From positions 1 through 45,525 of the forward strand of contig KZ538847.1 of NCBI GenBank assembly GCA_000934665.2: DNA of 45,525 nucleotides, written 5' to 3'. The position numbers and the translations under genes are program-made. Below, piece by piece: positions 1 to 11,826 of this stretch. The notes beneath the pieces are model-generated. The model did no database searches and was not told the origin of the DNA. It saw only the letters and a list, made by a program, of their open reading frames with translations. Within the stretch, counting starts at the first letter, position 1. Each line of letters starts with the position of its first letter. Source of the stretch: Catajapyx aquilonaris (lineage: Eukaryota).

Positions 1-81
1 TGGATACCACAGTTGGTCACTGGGGGGGAGGGGGGGTCAAAAAGTGCCCGAAAATCGGTCACGTGGTTTATGGACGACCCC
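1..81. mobile_element. Right end of a PIF/Harbinger-like MITE (GGGGTCGT.C TIR family), truncated by the window edge
   Basis: Ends ...GGTCACGTGGTTTATGGACGACCCC followed by TTA. The terminus closely matches the complete element at 19909-20318 (...GGTCACGTGGTATTTGCACGACCCC-TTA). Confidence 0.7.
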
Positions 82-306
82 TTATGGGAAATGGCTTTCG
101 GTTAAATTCTCCCTATTTTTTATATGTTGTAGAAAATAAGATGGTAACCAATTCTTAACCTTGCGCCAAGACCTGAAAATCGGTCACGTGGTTTATGGAC
201 GACCCCTTATGGGAAATGGCTTTCGGTTAAATTCTCCCTATTTTTTATATGTTGTAGAAAATAAGATGGTAACCAATTCTTAACCTTGCGCCAAGACCTG
301 AAAATC
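50..306 (+). repeat. 125-bp tandem duplication
   Basis: 50-174 is repeated at 175-299, with GAAAATC at 50, 175 and 300. Confidence 0.9.
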
Positions 307-701
307 ATCAGGTCACCTGCTACATCGGGTCAAAGGGCAGTCTACATTTCCTCATAAGGTCCGTCAAATGTGGTACCAATGGAACGGGCTTGCGTTCCCT
401 CAATTTATATTTGGAGGCCAATAATTAAGGGAAGGATATTTTGTATCTTTGACCCGAAGTAGCGCGTGACCTGTAGGTCACAGGGGTCAACATGTGGGGT
501 TTTTCAGAACTAGCTAATCAAGCCCGTTCCATTGGTACCACATTTGACGGACCTTATGAGGAAATGTAGACTGCCCTTTGACCCGATGTAGCAGGTGACC
601 TGATGATTTTCAGGTCTTGGCGCAATGTTAAGAATTGGTTACCATCTTATTTTCTACAACATATAAAAAATAGGGAGAATTTAACCGAAAGCCATTTCCC
701 A
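210..701. mobile_element. Long-TIR (foldback) MITE flanked by TA
   Basis: 205-392 and 519-706 are near-perfect reverse complements (~188 bp, one mismatch seen). TA lies at 208-209 and 702-703. Confidence 0.85.
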
Positions 702-1537
702 TAAGGAATGGTGCCATGTCCAAAGGGATTTATGAATTTTTCACACATTTCCTGGATTATGGATTCAGATGTGGAAAGGGAAAAATAAAAGAAGGATGTT
801 GGTCACTTGGCTGCCTTTGTTCAGCAAAGGTCAATGGCTTCAGCCATTTTGGTTCAAGATCCACATAAAAGTTACTACGAATAAAGCTATCAGGTAATAC
901 AACCAGGGCGGGCAAGAGAAGACCCAGCCAATGTCTAAAGCCTGGGTCACTTTCCCACTATGCTATTCTAAACTACGTAATTATTCTGCTTTGTCAACGT
1001 ACAGCATGTGGACACCTCCAGTGTCTATATTAGACAGCCAGTACTGCTTTTGGTGCAGAAGCATGACTCTCAACCATACAGTTGAATGCAATCAGCCCAG
1101 ACACGGTGCCAAGGGTTAAATTTTGAATGTCCTAGGGCAATTCCACCGTAACTAATGCATCCCGGGGACAGGATTCACGCTGTATTGATATTTATTGCAA
1201 TGGCAAATGTTAATGGAAAGGGAATTTAATATTATTCCCATGTGGCTGCCTCCTGGTAGCTTATTGCTACATTTTTATAATTTTGCAACTTGAATGGACT
1301 CTGTAAAATATTAATGTAATGTAACTGACGCAACATGAATAGGACAAGCTCTTTGGGGGGTACTGTAATGACGTGAAACCCTGTGAGCAGAATGTGTTTA
1401 GAAGTAATGTTACAACAGATATGCAATCTACTCCTCAGGAGCAATTTTGTGATTACTTTAGATCACGCCTGTTCATATTCATATTACCAGGAGAATTAAC
1501 GTAGCTGACGCAACAAACCTTGCGAAGTTGAGCCTTA

Positions 1538-1822
1538 TTTTCTCACACGGAAAAATCACTCCGAACTTTCCCGTTACTCCTCCCGCTCCCACCGTTCCAG
1601 ATGTGAGCTCCACACTAGAGCGGAGAACACCTGAGAAAATCTAATTGGGGGGGACGGAGACATCCAACATCTGATCTGTGGACACCCTGCCAGCAGGAGC
1701 ACAATCTCGGTGGGCTCACCCTGACAAAGTGTGGCCAACAGGCCAGTACTGAGCATGCACGGAGGGAGGAACCAATGAGAAGAGGGCACTCCGCACGGAA
1801 AAATACCAGTGTGGAGACGGCT
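1538..1822. mobile_element. Degenerate PIF/Harbinger-like MITE
   Basis: Ends CCAGTGTGGAGACGGCT-TAA. The internal TTTCTCACACGGAAAAATC and CTCCACACT motifs match the MITE at 20442-20629. Confidence 0.55.
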
Positions 1823-2088
1823 TAAGGCGTAAGGCCTGCTCGAAGCCTGCACTGGGCCAAATCTGCGACTCTACACACAAATTTCCTTAGTGCAATGCAC
1901 TAATGAAAGTTAGTGGTTTAACGTAAGGTTGCTGCTGTATCAGAATATGCCCCACTTAATAAACATCTGGAAGGCTCATATCACATTGTTCCATGGTATT
2001 TATAGTACTCACATTGTATTCATGGCAAGTGTATCATCTGCTTTACCCATTTTGCATGTATGTGTGCATGAATGTGTGTGCACACACA

Positions 2089-2193
2089 CAGGCATACCTT
2101 GCCAATAAGGAAGTTCAGTTCCAGACCACTGCCATAAAGCAAATATCGCAATAAAGTGAATGACAGCCTTTTCCACTTGTTAGTGCATAATTA
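2089..2193. mobile_element. Tigger/pogo-like DNA transposon terminal fragment
   Basis: CAGGCATACCT...GTTCCAGACCACTGCCATAAAGCAAATATCGCAATAAAG resembles, from memory, a Tigger1-type terminus. Confidence 0.5.
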
Positions 2194-2380
2194 TGTTAGG
2201 CTCAAACCCCGAAAACGGCCATTGGCTGAAAAAAAACAACCGTACCTAGGTTTGGTCGCCTTCAAAATACCAGAGGTAGGCGTGGTTGCTTCAAACAGCC
2301 ACAGCTAGTTCTGGTCATTCCTGCTAATTAATATAGCCTACCTATGGATATGGAGGTGATGGGGCGATGGAATGAGCCCA
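2194..2380. mobile_element. Left part of a TGTTAGGC-terminus MITE family
   Basis: TGTTAGGCTCAAACCCCGAAAACGGCCATTG matches the TIR of 43351-43913. The internal stretch 2243-2380 matches 29885-29993. Confidence 0.7.
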
Positions 2381-2701
2381 ACTCCTGTTTGGTGCTTCCA
2401 ACTCCCACTCTCCTTGTTCTTAAAACTGTGCCTTAAAACTGTACAGGTGCCATACTAAGTAGGCCAATCAAAGATCTAAAACACCTTTGTATGCAACGCT
2501 ACACTTTGCATGAATTGAGAAAGAGCCCATTATCAAGGGGTCTTCTACTGGATGGTCCATTGCCTAAAATTCCAGTCACCAACAATGGGGCGGGGTACTG
2601 TGATAGCTAACTTTCTCTAATATCGCATTCGTATACAGTTTCATGTACGCTTACTCATCAGAATATACCACTGGGAATGGGCATGTGCACACTGCCTCTC
2701 A

Positions 2702-3562
2702 CAACCAAACTTACTCTTTTTACTCCCCTGAATTTTGAAAATTTTTGCATTTTCTAAATCTGCTTGGCCTATAGTTTAGTTTAGTATAGTTTAGTTTTAG
2801 TTTATGTTACCTCATGATAGGGCCAGAGGCCCTCTTAAGAGGGGTGAACTACAATTTTGCCATCAATTTTCTGTGTTTTTTTTTTCTTTTTCTTCTATCC
2901 CTGTGCGAGGATTAAAGGACATGAGGTAGGGAAAGGGTTTTTTTGGGGGAAGAGACACAGGTGCATGCAGACCCTCCTGACGCAGGCGAAAGGGAACTCC
3001 CAGGCGAGGTTTGTACCCGGGGCCTTTCGCACAGCAAGCCGAGATGTTACAGTCTCGGCCACCACGCCTCCCCGCTTGGCATATAGTTTGTGCGAACATC
3101 ACCTCGGCTGCTAATTTTCACGTTAGCAGGGTCAAAATACAAACCAAAAGGCTATAATCCGAAGCAACACTAGCAGCCGGTCGCGGGTCGCAGGTCCCCG
3201 GTCCCCCGTCCCCGGGTCGCAGCGACTGATATCAGAGATATGTGTAAACGATTGATTAGATTAGATTCATACATTGCTACATAAAATTGATTTCAAAGTG
3301 TGTGAGGTGATATTCTTCTCGTTCGCGCTACCCGAGAGCGGGCTGCAGTTGCGGCAACTGGGGACGTGGAGTGGGGACCCGCGACCCACGACCCGCTGAT
3401 TGTGTTGTGGCTTTGGAATATCGCCTTTTGGCTTGTATTTTGACCATGCTAACATGAAAGGTAGCAGCCGAGGTGATGTTTAAGCAACACTATAGGCCAA
3501 CCAGATTTAGAAAATGCAACAATTTTCAAAATTCAGGAAAGTAAAAAGAGTAAGTTTGGTTG
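2702..3562. mobile_element. Foldback MITE interrupted by a SINE
   Basis: 2702-2775 is inverted relative to 3489-3562. Pairing continues between ~3095-3170 and ~3400-3480 once the SINE is removed. Confidence 0.8.
2778..3073 (-). mobile_element. tRNA-derived SINE
   Basis: Minus-strand head GGGGAGGCGTGGTGGCCGAG...GGGTACAAACC (A/B-box-like), (TAAAC)n tail, and a 16-bp TSD GCTTGGC[C/A]TATAGTTT at 2762-2777 and 3074-3089. Confidence 0.8.
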
Positions 3563-3740
3563 ACAGTAAAATCTTGTATACTTACTGGAAAATTCACTTA
3601 ACACCAGTCTGACAATATAGGTGGCAGTTACTTTCACCAGGCCTCTAACATCACACATATCAGTGACATCAGACCAAAGTTTGAAAATTCAGCCTACATT
3701 CCCTTTTATTGTCAGCTAGATTAATTTTGTGACAACGTAC

Positions 3741-3895
3741 CTGAAAGACCAGCCATAATCATCAGTCACCCGATCTTTCAGCTCCACTGTAGCTCCAGGA
3801 ACACTGCATATGGGTGAATTCCAACAATCTCTAATGCGTCTGTAAACATGCCTTGAGTAAAAGCTCTCAAAACTTGAGTAGAGTGGAACATATCC
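3741..3895 (-). CDS. SPTLC2: Serine palmitoyltransferase subunit 2 (LCB2/lace-like), coding exon 3
   Basis: GYVPLYSSFESFYSRHVYRRIRDCWNSPICSVPGA...DDYGWSF is the conserved SPT2 N-terminal region. Acceptor ttgcag, donor AG|gtacgt (phase 2). Confidence 0.93.
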
Positions 3896-3980
3896 CTGCA
3901 AGAAAAAGTAATAAAAATAATTGTCAAGAAAAAGTTGACCATTTTGCAGATGCATTCCATTTAAGATAGGAAAATTATAC

Positions 3981-4157
3981 CGGGCGGTTTTTCTCCACTG
4001 GAATGTGCTTGGGCTTGACGAAGAACTCATTGAGGTAGCCCAGAAACACAACAATTGCATATCCAAGGTACGTGAGGAGGGCATGAAGCATAGGAATCTC
4101 CTCGAAGCTCTCCTGGCCGCGCTTCTTCTGCTTTTTGCGCCCATCACCAGCCCCAGC
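3981..4157 (-). CDS. SPTLC2: Serine palmitoyltransferase subunit 2, coding exon 2
   Basis: ESFEEIPMLHALLTYLGYAIVVFLGYLNEFF is the SPT2 membrane-associated segment. Acceptor tttaag, donor CCG|gtataa, in frame with exon 3. Confidence 0.9.
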
Positions 4158-5193
4158 CTTAAATTGAGCAGTCATTTAAAAAACACTTTTGCTTTCGTGC
4201 CACTCTTTTTGTCATTCTCGTTGTGACACTATGAGGGTTAGAAATTGTCATAAGTTTATTCAGCCATGCTTGATAATTCCCTGATTATGAAAGGGGAATG
4301 ACTCAGTCACTTTGAGAGAATGTTATTTCCATGCCATGTTATTTACTTCATTATTTAAGTCGCATTATAATTTAATAATTCAAATGAAGTCTATGATTGA
4401 GCTAAATACAAAAATGCAATTACCTAAGTTGGCTATCACTTTTTTCAGATCGTGCACAATTACACACATCTGAGTGTCTCAATAATGTTTTATTATACAC
4501 TTAAGATAAAAAGTAAAATAAAGCTTCTTCTTCTACATGCAGAATATTACTTCATATTAATCTAACTTGTGGGATGCAGCTCTATTTGAGTGTGGCTGCA
4601 ATAGTGATACGAATTTTATTAATTTAACTTGTGACAATATTCTAAATAACATATGGTCAAAACCTATCCAACACATGGTAGATGACAGTCCTACTTGAAC
4701 AGCTGCCATCCAACATTCACAAAAAATGAGCAACCAATATTTTGCTCGACCCCAAGTGGCCATGTCACAAGTACTGGCAAGCAAATTTGTAAGCAGCAGA
4801 TTCAATACTCATGTACAGTACATGCCACACATGACAAACACCTGTGCCACAAGAATTTACAGAATTAGGAGAAAATTCCCCCACAGAATAACATTGTCAG
4901 TTAAAATAGGGGAGTCCTTGACTAGACTCACATCTGCATGTCAAGTCATATCGTATGTACTTCAGCCCACTGATACTATTTATTCACGTCCGCACGTCCC
5001 ATAGGAAGCAGAACAACATTTAACGCCTTGGCCAATCTCGGCCATGTTGAAACCGCGATAACAAACCCACATGCGATACGGTACATTACTGGGCTAACTC
5101 AACTCCTGTAAAATCCCGCGCCATACATGGTTACGCAATCTCACACCCATAAGTAAACATTGCAACAACATTTTCATACCGACACTCGCTTAC

Positions 5194-5310
5194 CTTGACT
5201 GTTGATGATTGGTCTCCCGGCCTAACAAGCCCATTCTTGCCATGGTGTGCCGCCTGGACGAGACCATTCCTGCCGTGGCCCTTGACCGTCGCATTGGCCT
5301 CGGCCGCCAT
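5194..5310 (-). CDS. SPTLC2: Serine palmitoyltransferase subunit 2, probable coding exon 1
   Basis: GTCATGG start context, 39 codons (MAAEANATVKGHGRNGLV...STVK), strong phase-0 donor AAG|gtaagc compatible with exon 2, CpG-rich setting. Confidence 0.75.
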
Positions 5311-5439
5311 GACTCCCGTCCCGCCGCCTACCGGGACCTCGATCAGAGACAGGGCAGTGAGGCCCCTCTCTCTAGTAGTAATAAACGGAGTGAAAAAGGA
5401 GCAACCTGGCTGAGTAAATAGAACAAAAAAAAAGCACAA

Positions 5440-6100
5440 AAAATATGGGAGGGGTAGCAGATACGGTGTTGTGATTGGTCCGGTACTGTACGATAGTGTT
5501 CGTATGACCGTGACCTAAACAGTGATGAAAGTGTGGGGTTTGACGTGTTTTTCTGGTCAGGACCAGTAAACATGGTTCACTGCAATTATCGATGACTTCA
5601 ATAATATCGGGTTTGGCATGCAGGCTAACTGTTCATTTTGCCCATACTTTAACCTGTATGGTATTCTTTTGCCCCAGATTTTGTGTACCTGTGTGGAATT
5701 TTCAGCGGTAAAGTTTGAACTTGATATTATTTCTGCAAATACTATTATTAGTATCGATATTTTGTTCAGTAGCATATCGATATTTTAGCGCAGCCTTTTT
5801 TTAAAAATGCGTTCCGATTGGTCCCTCTTTCTTCCTATACGCCGTGAGACAGGCAAAGTTTGTGGACTAAACGCGTGCGGATCACCTGCCATTTTTGTGC
5901 GCAGACTCCGCCTTCTCATTCTCCATTGCTATTGGTCGCCCCACCCATTACCCCGCGTCCGATTGGCTCCAGGATATCAGGTTCCAATATGGCTCACCCG
6001 GTAAAACACATCCGTTGACCCAAGATGTCAGGCTGAACCCCACCTTTCAGCGGTCCTCGCCACTGTATTTGGGCTTTTGGGGAAATACTCCCGACCCGAG
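5440..6100. promoter_or_regulatory. Putative bidirectional promoter between SPT2 and reticulon
   Basis: CpG-rich. Several CCAAT/ATTGG boxes (~5474, 5817, 5931, 5963, 5984) and two TATCGATA (DRE-like) motifs at 5752-5759 and 5775-5782. Confidence 0.55.
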
Positions 6101-6149
6101 TCCCGACTCCCGTTGCCGGTGCCTCTGGAACAGGTTCGGGGGTGCGACT

Positions 6150-6405
6150 TTTACTCTCCTCTCTCGCCTTTGCCCTAGTTGGGACAGCTACTTGCTTCAT
6201 TTTTATCTCATTTGCTGTAGGTACAAGCTGTCACTTTGTTCTATTTGGTATTTGGCTCATCTTCCCTTCATTTTGGGAATCTTACGTCATTTGGGAACTA
6301 CAGCCACTCATTGCATGGATCGATAAGTTCATCTTAGAGATGCTTTGTTGTGCAATTACCGGTAGCTCATAGGCACTCGTTTAATCTATTTTTAAATTAC
6401 ATCGC
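6150..6405 (+). other. Putative non-coding first exon of reticulon (5' boundary approximate)
   Basis: Lies at the end of the CpG-rich region with a strong GTAAGT donor at 6406. A matching acceptor (ttcttttctccaaaatgcag) ends at 7333, upstream of the ATG at 7442. Confidence 0.45.
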
Positions 6406-7441
6406 GTAAGTACGTTATCGTATGCAATGTTCCATGCGGTGAATTTCGAATAATTCGCCACATTAGCCGGGAGGCATATTTTACTTATAGATGCGGCATT
6501 GTGGAACAAGAACAGCAGTAGTTATTTGGTTATTCTAAAAATTGAAACTGCTACACTATTGAAACTTGCTGGTAATTTTATGCCATAATTCCAAGTATGT
6601 TGGATAGGTAAAGTATTATTGGTCTGTTTTGTGAATGCATTCTGAGGTAGGGTTGATGAAATAGCCGAACTGGTAAGATAGGCTCAAAAATGGAACACTT
6701 TGTCATTGAATGCATATACTGGTATGGGCAGTGTTTAGAATGCTGAGTTGGTAGTACCGAGTATCAAACAAAGACTGATATGAGGGTGAGATACAGTGAT
6801 TCATCAGTATTGACAAGTTGATGTCAATGGAATGCATGAATGGTCATGCAATTATGGTCTTTTGTGGCAAAATGGCAGCCATCTAAATAACAGAAGGATG
6901 CAGAACATGGGTCAAGATTATATACAGAACAATTTTGTTTGACAATTATGATAGACCAAGTACAAAATGAGGAGCTATATGCATGTCTTAAAATTGGTAC
7001 GGAATTAGCCTAGCTTGTCTGATCATTTTTATAATGCATAGCATTCTTTGTTCTTTCTGTCATCGATGATGACTGCATTTGATACAACATGAGGAAGGTG
7101 TCTGCAGGAGAGTCCCAATGAGAACAGTTTGACAATAGCTTGTATAATAGCTCATAATTTTGCAGCTCTGTATATCATGAATTATGTTTGTTCAGTGAAA
7201 AAACATGGTATTATTAAATTTCATGTATGCCCTAACTTATCACAAGAGATAACATCACATCATATAGTGCAAAAACCATGCAGCTGTCACTGGGACCTAA
7301 TAACATTGGCGGTTTCTTTTCTCCAAAATGCAGCCCACCAACTCATCTTTTTAAGCCAAAAAGAGGCAATATCTTCTAAACCCCCCNNNNNNNNNNNNCC
7401 CCCCCCCCCAACCCCCCGCCCCCCACCACACGAAAAAAAAG

Positions 7442-8141
7442 ATGTCCTCGTTCACGGACACTTATCCTGACCAGTTATCCCCATCTCCGGAGACCAACTT
7501 GCCTCGTGATCCTGAGTCTGTCGACGACTTCGAGCACATCCAATCAGACAGGATGTCAGGCCCACCTCCTCCACAACATGACCTTCCTGAGAGTCTTCCA
7601 GACCGAGACTTTCTGTCATCAGAAGACCACTTTGACACAGCGTTGGAAAGGGAACCATCTCCAACCCTTCTTGACTTTGGTGCTCCTCCTGAACCGGCGA
7701 AAAGCCTGATAGATCAAACTCTTGATGAATTCAAGACCGAACCAGTGCTAGAGCCACAGAAGAATCCTGATCCGTTCTTCATGAAGGAAAGCGTCGACCT
7801 GGCCGATATCCCTGAAGAACTAGAGCGCCCGTATGAGGCAGACGATGTGGCAGCATTCATGGATGTTCCAGAGCAGAGCATTTCACCAGCAAAGGTTTCC
7901 CCCTCAGCAGGGTTTGTTTTCGAGAAAGGCGAGGCAGAGGAGTTGCAGGCACCCAACTGGGGGGTTCCAGAACCACCTATCCCTGAAGACTTCCATGCCT
8001 CAGCTCCCCTGATGGAACCCATATTGCCAACCAAACTCGAGGATTTGCCACCACCTCCAGCGGTAGAGGCAGCAGGAGATGTGATGGCAAAGGAGTGTGA
8101 TGCCGCCTTGTCAGATGACATGCTGAATTTATTTGAAGCCG
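7442..8141 (+). CDS. Rtnl1: Reticulon long-isoform N-terminal exon (acidic, Pro-rich, disordered)
   Basis: 233-codon E/D/P-rich ORF with AAGATG start, ending at the phase-1 donor G|gtgagt, compatible with the downstream phase-1 exons. Confidence 0.75.
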
Positions 8142-8563
8142 GTGAGTTATGCATACATATTTGGCACGTATAATGGTTGTGGATATTTGCATGCTCTTTT
8201 AGAGATAGGCATAGAATGGTACTTGAAAGACAGCATGCTGGAGATTTAGTTCAACGTGGGGAACCAAGAAGAATTTCTTTGCTCAGATTGGCTAGACAGC
8301 CAGTCGTGAGACTGCATAATCATCCTAGAAAAATGACCAACTCTACTTATTTTGCGATCAATAGTTGAAGAGATAATTATAAATGCCCCAACCAAGTGCA
8401 TCAATTATTTTGTGTGTGTGTGTATGTATGTGTGTGTGTGTTGGGTGGGGGGTGTTGTTGCAAGAGATGGTGAATGTGCTCAGGGTAATTGATAACTTGG
8501 GAATTGGGAATGTAAAAGGCTCTGCTAAATTCCTCTTAATTAGCAGTACTTCTAATTTATAAC

Positions 8564-9297
8564 CAGGGGCTACGGATGCTATTTAAAAGTGGGTAGGCTA
8601 GGAAGTAGGTGTAGGGTGCCCTTATCTTATTAGTTTAAAAAAATGATAATTTTAAAGATGTTTTCAAATACAGTAATTATTGGAAAACTTTAACAATTTA
8701 TACTCACAATAAATTTTTCTTCTTTTTTTCACATTAGAGATAATTAAAAATACTTTAATGTCAGACAAAATTCTTGAGGACTCCTGGGGGTCTGGACCCA
8801 CAGTTTGAGAACCACTGCCTTAGAAGGTTCCCAATATTCTGTTTCTGTGTATGGAACCATGGATGAATTGAGGGGTGTGGTGGAAAAGGTGATAACCCAC
8901 AAAAGTGTAATTTTTCAGGAGATCGAATTGAAGTTTGCATTCTCATAACAAATCATAGGGAATGCGGGTTTTGATCTAGTCTGTGTTGCCGTATCGTGCA
9001 TGATACGTGAACTTGGAGTATACCAAACTGTTTGTCACATCTTTTACATAGTTGCTAGGTGTTTGGTCAAAAATGACACAAATTAAGGTAATCACCTTTT
9101 TCCACCACACCCCTCAATTAATTTCCCACCACCTTTGAGCTTGTTTACCTGAATTTGTATCAGTGGTCAAACAGTATGCACTTGCTGCGCTCTCATGCAA
9201 TTAAACTTATTCCAACTTAAATCAGTTTCTTGAGTATTCTATAAAAAGTTGGTAGGCTATAGTCCACCCAGCCTACCCTGTACTGTACCGGAGCCCC
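8564..9297. mobile_element. hAT-like non-autonomous element containing nested insertions
   Basis: Termini CAGGGGCTACGG...CCGGAGCCCC, flanked by the 8-bp repeat TTTATAAC (8556-8563, 9298-9305). Contains another hAT-like end (GAGAACCACTG, ~8807-8817). Confidence 0.6.
8870..9115. mobile_element. Sola-like MITE
   Basis: TIR GAGGGGTGTGGTGGAAAAGGTGAT / ATCACCTTTTTCCACCACACCCCTC, GAG..CTC termini, AATT on both flanks. Confidence 0.7.
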
Positions 9298-11826
9298 TTT
9301 ATAACTATTATATTTGTTCAAGCTAGTGTTTTAAAAGGTTATAAAAGATACAACCAGAGAGGGGCCTAGTTTCCTTTTCTCTGATTCTGGCACTTGAGAC
9401 CACCCCAAGGTTTTATGATAATTAAGAGAAGGCTACACTGATGCTTGTAGCATTGTGAAGTGGAGTTGCTCATGGAGTTCAGGTACCCTGAGCAATTTTC
9501 CCCATTTTGTGAATCTCCATGGCTGACTCACCTAGTCACCTGTCTATGATTACCATTGCAAGATCAAAAAAAAAGGTACATGTGACTCATTGGACCCCCC
9601 CTACTTCACTGCCCCTACCCTCATTTGACCCATGATATGAATCACTAACTTGATATAGCTTACACCCACACTGCTTATCACTGGTGCGGATTTCCAGGGC
9701 AAAGAGGCCCATATTTTAAATTTTGTTGGCACATCCCGTTTGCGCGAGACTGATTTCATCATTGTGTGCCCAGTCATGGTGTGAAAATATATAATCAGGA
9801 TGATTCACTATCATTAGTTTGTACTCACAAGTTCACTGGGGTATGCTAGAACACCGATGCCTTCCTTGGCACAGAGGCATGCACAAAGTGAACTGTCACA
9901 GGCGTGATCTGACCATGTCGTTTGCTAGTACTTTTTTTTTTCTTTTTCGTTGCCGTAATTCCTTTGTGATTTACGGATCAGGCGCAGCTGTTGGCAATGC
10001 CGTGCCCTACACGCACTTGCAATACCAAGAAAGGGAGGTCAGAGAGCATTGGGTTCGGAAATAGAGCAACATTGGGGGTGTCATTGATTCCGAGTGTAAA
10101 CACGTGCGAAGGAATGTGACAATTTTAGGGGTGGCATACCGGCGATTCCACGAGGGGCTATTGCATTGCGGCGGTTCATACGGGCCCGGGTAAAGGTCAA
10201 GGGCGTGTCTGGCGCACACGTCTCAAGTGCATGGCTCATTACTATGCAAATGCCCCACCTTTTGCTAGCGCTAATAGCCTGGCAAAGTAAATAATCCGTG
10301 GCTAATCCCATTGTGTTACCTAATTTTCAACCCGATGGCATGGCCATTGATGCAGCGGCACGGAATATTGGCAACCTTGGTAGGTTGTTGGGTCGTTGCA
10401 CCCTTCAGAGAGAAATATTGTAAAATTGATCGATCCTGAACCGCTCATCAGCATTTGGTGCATTTTGAAGGTCACTTCCGTGGAACTTTGTAGACAGCAA
10501 TGCAGCAATGAGCCGGTTAATGGGGGGACTCGCCCCAATGTAATGGGTGGAGGCGACGGATTGAAGGCCACGGTGACCTAAATCAGGCAGTTGTGCACTG
10601 ATTTCAAATTGCGTAGTTTTGGTTGATGGTGCGACTTGGCCGGTGAAAAAATGGAAGGGTTTTTCTTTCCTCTTTTTTTGGTTGGGGGGGGGGGGGGANT
10701 GGGGGGCATTGCAGACAGTCTGCTGCAAAACTACAGCGAGGGCCAGACAATATTGATCCGGGGATGGCGAGTTTCGGACGCTTTGCCCTCAGCCAAGGTG
10801 GTGTTGGTTACTGGGAATAATAAGTCCTAAGCGGAAATACGGGAATTATGGCGCCAATAATTGTGCGGCAGTAAGCCCATGACACCATGAGCCACCTTTG
10901 GCAGTGAGTATGCAGTTGGCATGGGAGTATATTCAGCAAGTGCCTCACCCAGCCCATAATATTCCAAGCGCCTCTTCGTTAACATTAGATGACAACCCCG
11001 CCCTTTTTGGCGCCATATTAGTCAGGCAACCGCGAGCAAAATGACATTTGGGGTCGTGTTTATGTGGTGAAAATAAACCGCAATGTGAAGGTCAGATCGA
11101 GTGCGAATTTGGTAGCCAAGGGCATTACAATAGACCGAATGGAGGGTATCGTGCAGATTCTTTTTTCCATTGAGGGGGTATGCCGTAATACAGTTCGGTA
11201 ATCAGGTAGTAGGTGAAGTAATGACAGGTCGATCCGATAACATATAGGTGTCCCGCGTGCAAACACCTGGACGGTGTTGGGTTGGTTTTGGTGTCATGCA
11301 TGATGCTGCCCTCTTGCGACACGTGGTATAGAACGGCGCGCGGCGCCGCGCGCAGACAATTCGCGTACTTCCTGAAACCTGCACATGCAAGGAAATATTG
11401 GCAAGCTGCGCGGTTTCGGTTGAGAAGGTCAGGATCGGCCCTGTTTCATTCGGCCTGGAGCCTATTTCAAAAGGGCGACAAGTGATTAACGTTTTGCTTG
11501 TCACTGAAAGGCGCTTGGCATTTACGTTTTATAAATAACTGTTCCGAACAAGTACAGTAAACGTGGTATGCGAATAATCCTACTTGAGATTGAATTGCCG
11601 GCAGCATGTATTTTAAATGGCAAATATTGCTGAAGTTATTTTACATCATGATCATCCAACCAGATCACAAAACTGAAGCCAGATTGACGCCCTGTGCCTG
11701 ATGAATTGTTCATTTCATATGAAAATGACATTAGTAGGCCTACTCATTTTGTGTAGATAGCACCCAAAAAGGCCACTGGCCTTATAACAAGATATGCCTA
11801 TCAAATAAATCATTTTGTATAGATAT

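Noticed and set aside
707..3700. Further SPT2 exon (expected NLGSYNYLGF-like motif)
   Set aside because: Not found by eye; the next exon is probably beyond the left edge.
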